DNA of 64,000 bases, taken from contig NC_059426.1 of assembly GCF_021028975.2 (NCBI RefSeq), positions 66,154,001-66,218,000 on the forward strand, written 5' to 3'. The position numbers and the translations under genes are program-made. Below, one piece after another: positions 58,864 to 64,000 of this stretch (position 1 is the first letter of the stretch; the number at the start of each line of letters is the position of its first letter). The DNA comes from Sphaerodactylus townsendi. Its lineage: Eukaryota. The notes under the pieces were generated by a model. It was not told the DNA's origin and made no database searches. It saw only the letters and a list, made by a program, of their open reading frames with translations.

Positions 58864-61800
58864 CTGGAAGAAAAGAGAGGTAAAAAACAACAACAAAAGA
58901 CCTGTTAATGCAAAGTGAATATAATAATGTCAATTTTGAGGATCAGATGAAAAGTTCATTTAGTCTAGCATAGGCTGTTACACTTCAGAACTTCACCAAC
59001 AGACATGATGGTGAAGGCCATCTTCTGTCAGTTTTCCCCACATGTGGTAATTAGAGGTATTCTGCATCTGTGAACATTCTTACACCCCATCCAAAGCCCA
59101 AGACAGCCAGGGACAGTGCTGCTGCTGCGCCACTGTGCCATCTCTAGAGGCTTTCCAGCAGTGCAGGGAGACAGTAAAAACAAAACAAAAACCCTCACAG
59201 TTGGAAAGCCCTCCACTGGACTAAATGAAGTTATGGCTGTTTGTGCATGGGCAGAAAACAGCACCCTGGGGATGGTAAAAACACTGTCCCGGGTAGTGTT
59301 CGCATAGCCGCCGCAGCACAGCAGCACCTTGCTCACCCCCCCCCCCAAAACGGCACAAAAACTGTGCTTTCAAAACACACTCCCTGAGTGTGTGTTTTTG
59401 GAAAGCAGCGTCTTCCACCCGGTGCGGAGCGAATGGCATTTTCCCTGCCCCACTTTTTTCTCTCTCTTACCTCCTCTCGGCTGCCATCACTATACAGAGG
59501 CCAGGGGACATGCCTCCTGGCCCCCGTCCCTGGAGGCGTTGCCATGGCCACGAGGGCGTGTCCCCTGGCTTCTGTACAGTAACAGCAGCCGAGAGGAGGT
59601 AAGGGGGAGGAAGCGGCGGGTCCTGTGTGAAGGCGGCCATGCAGGCTGCTGGGGCACTGGGGCTGTTTGCAGAACGGCGTGTGAACGGCCCCAGTGGGTG
59701 CACCGACTGCAAGTATGCTGGTACACCCCCACTCGCCCGCCCGTGCAGAAAGGGCCTGAGCCACCTTTTTGGGTGGCGTAACTCCAAGGCCCTGAACACC
59801 AAATTTTTGGCAACAAAACCCTGGGTGGAACCCCACTTTTGGCTCCACCCCCAGGAGCACTCCCAGAACTTCCCAAGCGACGCTGGCATCCTTTTTGGAT
59901 TCCAATACTAATCATGCCGGCATCCTTCTGGACACCAACACCAGTCTCCCTTCCGGGTTGGGCACTGCTGAGGTCTGTGGTGCCTTCCCGACTCCTAGTT
60001 TGCCCATTCTGCCAGTGCATTTGCTGGCGCTGGCTCCATCCACCCATCCCCCCCTTTGTTTTGGGGTATAAAAGTGTTAGCAATAATTGAGAGAGAAATC
60101 ACTGAAAAAAATCGCTATATCTAATAATAACCTGGTGGGCCCCAGTGCGGATGATGAAAGCAAAAACACGCACATGCTCACAAAAGACAGCAACAAAAGC
60201 TTGTTACCCACATGCAAAGTAAGGATTCTATAGACTCAAAAAATTCTAAATATGCAAAAAAATCTAAAATATTATCATATCGAACGAAACCAAAAGAAAA
60301 ACAAAAGGGTCTGTGTGTGAAAGAAACATGAACTGGTATCATAAGGTCTGAAAGTGCTCCCAGTGTAGGGAGAGTCTGCTAAAGAAGGGGAGTGGGTTAA
60401 TTTGATGAAGTCCTTGGCTGTCAAATGCAGACCAAGGGGAAATGTCAGTTTTAATCATGACTGTCTTGCCTACAACGTTTTGAGTTCCCAAAAGTTATGT
60501 AGTGCTGCAGTTGCATGACAACCAATGGGAGAGAGGACAAGATGGACACTTACTGACGTGTGCGCATTTTGTTTGGGTCCGGGTTCAAGTAAGTAAAGTA
60601 GGAAGATGGTGAGAACTCCACTTGCTTGGTGGCGGCAGCGTCTTGGGAAGCCTCAAGTATCCCGTCCTGGTGCCCTATAAAGAGCAGTAAAATAGCCAGG
60701 CACAGACCGAAGGGTGTGTATACCGGGCTCAACGTTAAATGTGCATATTCAAGATACTTTCATAAAGATTAATTGTCCTTTAACTGGCTGAGCAGCTTAA
60801 AAACAATAGCTCCCTCTACCTTCCATGGCTGCCCATCAGTAAGTTAGCATCACTTTGCCAAGCAGGGCTTACCCTCTTCTGAGCCCAATCATTTCAGTCT
60901 ATATGGCCCAGGCTAGACCAGTCTTATCAGATCTTGGAAGACAGCCATGGTTCACTTGTGTTAGTACTTGGATGGGAAGCCAACAAGCAATACCGAGTCA
61001 TTACACAAAGGCAGGCAATGGCAAACCGCCTCTTCTTATCTCTCACCTTGAAAAAGTGTGCAGTCACAATTAGTCATCTGTGACTTGATCGGGCTTTTCA
61101 CTATCAAGTCTATTGACATCAATAGAGTTAGACAGGTGTGTAATTCTGCTTAAGATGAACAAAATATTCTACTACAGACAAGCATAACTTTGGACCCCCT
61201 GAACCAAACTTTACCAAACCTGGATGGCATCAGAAGAAGACTATTCTGATGATACCTTCTTGGTTTAGTGAAGTTTGGTTGAGGGGGTCCAAAGTTATGG
61301 ACCCTCAAAAGGTGTAGCCCCCATCTCCTATTAGCTCCCATTGGAAACAATGGGGGATGGGCACCCCCTTTGGGAGTCCATAACTTTGGACCCCCTGAAC
61401 CAAACCTCACCAAACCTGGGTGGTATCATCAGGAAAGTCTCCTAAAGATACCCTGAAATTTTGGTGCTGCTAGCCTACAGACTGCACCCCCTGCAGGCCA
61501 AAAACAAAAAAACACTAAAAAATAAAAATTCCACAAATGGGGGGGGGGGGTGGAGCTTCAGGCATGTAATGGGGGGGTTGAACCTGAGAACACCCCCCTC
61601 CTTACCTACGTCCTTGCAGCTATTGTTAGTTTGGACATTGTCCTACCATACCTCTGGAACTTCACATTTCCTTGCCTAAGGACAATCTGAATCTTGTAAG
61701 ACAGTACCGGTACTTCTAAATAGTGGTCACAGGTGTCTTACAGCAGAGCTGGTGCTCTGTGCTTTATGTGGTTGTTGTGGCTCACATGAAGACCTTCATT

Positions 61801-63188
61801 TTCTCTCAAGAAAGCACTGCAGGAAATTGATGGTGCCTGAAAAAACATGCTGCAGAAGACCTGGCTCTTGGCAGGTGAGGTGTTAAAGAGACAACTTCTC
61901 AACTCAAGTTTCCTAACATGGATAATCCAGTAGGTTTGGACCTTTAGGAATGGCTTTCTCCTATTTGACTAAAGTATCTGCACATAGTGAGTAAGAAGGA
62001 TCATAAAGAGGGCACATCGCTGTCAAATTTGCAGTGAAGAATCATCAAAACTGCATGGAGCAATAAGGGACAACAGTGCTAAGCCATTCAAAGAACTTGG
62101 TGATCTCCTTTTGGCTGAACAAACAGAAAATGATTTGCTTTATGAAGTTTGGTCTGGTCACCGTTTGTGGAATAACTTAGGAATGTCTTCCCATCACCAG
62201 GTACTGAAATACCACAGTGTGGGGGAAAAAATGAAAGGAACTAGTGTATGCTGCTGAGAGGGAACTTTGGCAAGTGGTTTTTGATCAATGAAATTCCATT
62301 AATATGCAAAAAAGAGAGGTTATTTTGAATCAATTAAATAAATGGGTGCCATTTATCATTTCCATTTTCCTAAAATCACTAAAATGTATTTTTGTCTCTT
62401 TCAGCTTGAAAGTCTGGTTTATTCTCACATTCTTACCTAGCTTGACTCATTTATGTCCTATCATTCTCTCCAGTGGGGATGCAAAGAAGCTTTCATAATT
62501 CTTCCCTCCTCTATTTTATCCTCACAACAACCCTGTGAAATAGGTTAGGCTGAAAATTTATGATTGGCTCAAGATCACCCAGCAAGTTTCCATGGCAAAG
62601 TAACTGAGTATACCTGATCCTAGTGCAACTTTGGAACCATTATAACACACTGACTTTACATCTCACTGCCACCAATATCCATATTTCTTTTTCTTTGCAA
62701 GTTCTTGAAAAGACATCTCTTCTTTCCCTCCTTTATATTTCCCTCTCCTTTTCTCCCCACACCTTTTCTAATTGGGACAGGAGCCATGTTTAGACTTGGA
62801 TAGGGTTTGTTCTTTTTAACTTGGAAGTTACAACTCCTTACAGTGTAGTCAGCATTTTGTGATAATTTGGATCTCCCAAATAAAAGATTAGTGTTGGTTT
62901 TGGATTTTTTTCCCTTATGAACCAACACAGACAGCTAGAACATTGGTAATGGGGTATCCTAAAAAGCCAAGGGTTGGATATTAGGGAAGGCATGAGATAA
63001 GAATACTGCTGTTGGGTCTTCCTATCCCTGTACCCTTTATTTATAGGAAGTTTTCTGTTACCAAGGATATAGAATGTTTGGGCCCAGTTGATAGCATCTG
63101 AGTCCTGCAACAGTGTCCGATACGCATCAAGATCATGATAAAATGCAGCATACATGTTGATGAACAAATTGGAGTCATCTTTGGCAAC
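58443..63188 (-). CDS. Glycine N-acyltransferase-like protein (GLYATL3-like), 3' partial: complement(join(58443..58863,60554..60674,63062..63188))
   Basis: NMYAAFYHDLDAYRTLL..INW; LLNEKWPYGGSEQSRRYL; SWGLFDPFGALAHGYTLPEYRGHGY; GYPVYGNVALDN resemble GLYATL3. Phases are consistent; 5' exons lie beyond the window. Confidence 0.88.
59235..59756. mobile_element. Diverged Harbinger-type MITE (related partial copy at ~49150-49269)
   Basis: Ends ggctgtttgtgcatggg / cccgtgcagaaagggcc. Confidence 0.55.
60554..60674 (-). CDS. GLYATL-like penultimate exon
   Basis: ctttatag|GG HQDGILEASQDAAATKQV...KMRTR CA|gtaagt. Confidence 0.88.
60895..61095 (+). mobile_element. 5S-derived SINE
   Basis: gttagtacttggatggga plus ggcaggcaatggcaaacc tail. 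Confidence 0.55.
61180..61620. repeat. Internally palindromic interspersed repeat (family of 32680-33030)
   Basis: cataactttggaccccctgaaccaaac occurs twice, with an inverted copy between them. Confidence 0.7.
63062..63188 (-). CDS. GLYATL-like internal exon
   Basis: ttcttttag|VAKDDSNLFINMYAAFY...NWAQTFYIL G|gtaaca. Confidence 0.9.
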
Positions 63189-63445
63189 CTAAAAGAATGA
63201 CATGGCATTTGAAAGTGATGGAAACAATAATCTTTCTGTGCTTTCCCAGACTAACCAACTATTGCTATTGAGACCACAATGAATTCTCAATATTTTCATC
63301 ATCCGAACAGGATAGAACAGCTGTGGACTTAGTCTAAACATTATGATCCAGGTTGGTAATGTGTTGTATGGTACATGCAATTGGTCTCATATACCACAAA
63401 GCATTCAGAAATGACATGTCTCTCCCTTCCCTTTCTAGGAACTAT

Positions 63446-63715
63446 GGGCCTTTCCCCACTTACCTTAAGCCCCGCGCTACTCTCCTCAAGTAGCGCGGGG
63501 TCCCCAGGCACTCCCCACAACAGGGGCGGCAACAGCGCAGCCGCCCCGACACTGCCACTGTCGCGCCCCCTCAGCGCGCGGCATCCCTGGCTCTCTTGCA
63601 AATGGCGCCTTTTGATGATGCGGGGTCATGGGGACGCCCAGGTGCGCGCCAGGGATGCCACGCGCTGAGAGCAGCACGCAGCATAGGGGGAATTGAGGAG
63701 AGTGGGGAAATGCCC
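63446..63715. mobile_element. GC-rich Harbinger-type MITE
   Basis: TIR gggcctttccccact / agtggggaaatgccc with a TAT duplication. Confidence 0.75.
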
Positions 63716-63843
63716 TATGAAAGTTTTATATCCCAGTTCTTTAAAGAAATATTGCAAATTGTTAAGCAGCATTTATCAACAGCATCAATTATTACAACAC
63801 AAAGGGTTAGATTTCACAAGAAATCCCAGCCTGAGTGTGAATC

Positions 63844-63844
<1 letters not shown>

Positions 63845-63891
<47 letters not shown>
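63845..63891. repeat. (GT)n microsatellite
   Basis: Pure GT run. Confidence 0.98.
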
Positions 63892-63894
<3 letters not shown>

Positions 63895-64000
63895 CATTTG
63901 CAGCAGAATTATAAATTTAAAAAAATATTTCGGAGCATTGTGACTTCACGGAAGGGCTTGATGATGCATTAATAGACAGATTTATATTTAAAATGTACAA

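Noticed and set aside
1-64000. CRISPR arrays, operons or other prokaryotic systems
   Set aside because: The sequence is intron-containing vertebrate DNA; no repeat-spacer array was seen.

Overview
Vertebrate genomic DNA from a squamate, probably a gecko (inferred from CR1/L2/RTE LINEs, MIR-like and 5S-derived SINEs, and hAT/Harbinger MITEs). It has two N-gaps. I reconstructed five multi-exon genes by hand from splice sites, intron phases and remembered protein similarity. (1) The 5' end of ZNF142 (-) lies head-to-head with (2) a complete BCS1L (+, 7 coding exons, 419 aa, one GC-AG intron). (3) A complete mitochondrial sterol 27-hydroxylase CYP27A1/CYP27A-like gene follows (+, 9 exons, 522 aa). 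(4) A complete secreted olfactomedin-4/tiarin-like gene lies on the minus strand (5 exons, 499 aa, TATA box and signal peptide). (5) The last three exons of a glycine N-acyltransferase-like (GLYATL3-like) gene are on the minus strand. The order BCS1L-CYP27A-OLFM4like-GLYATL differs from human BCS1L-RNF25-STK36-TTLL4-CYP27A1. The most notable non-genic signals are a fold-back Penelope-like element between BCS1L and CYP27A carrying one core-intact hammerhead ribozyme, a decayed Gypsy element in the olfactomedin intron 1, and a candidate two-exon pseudogene relic. No database searches were possible, so family calls rest on recalled motifs.
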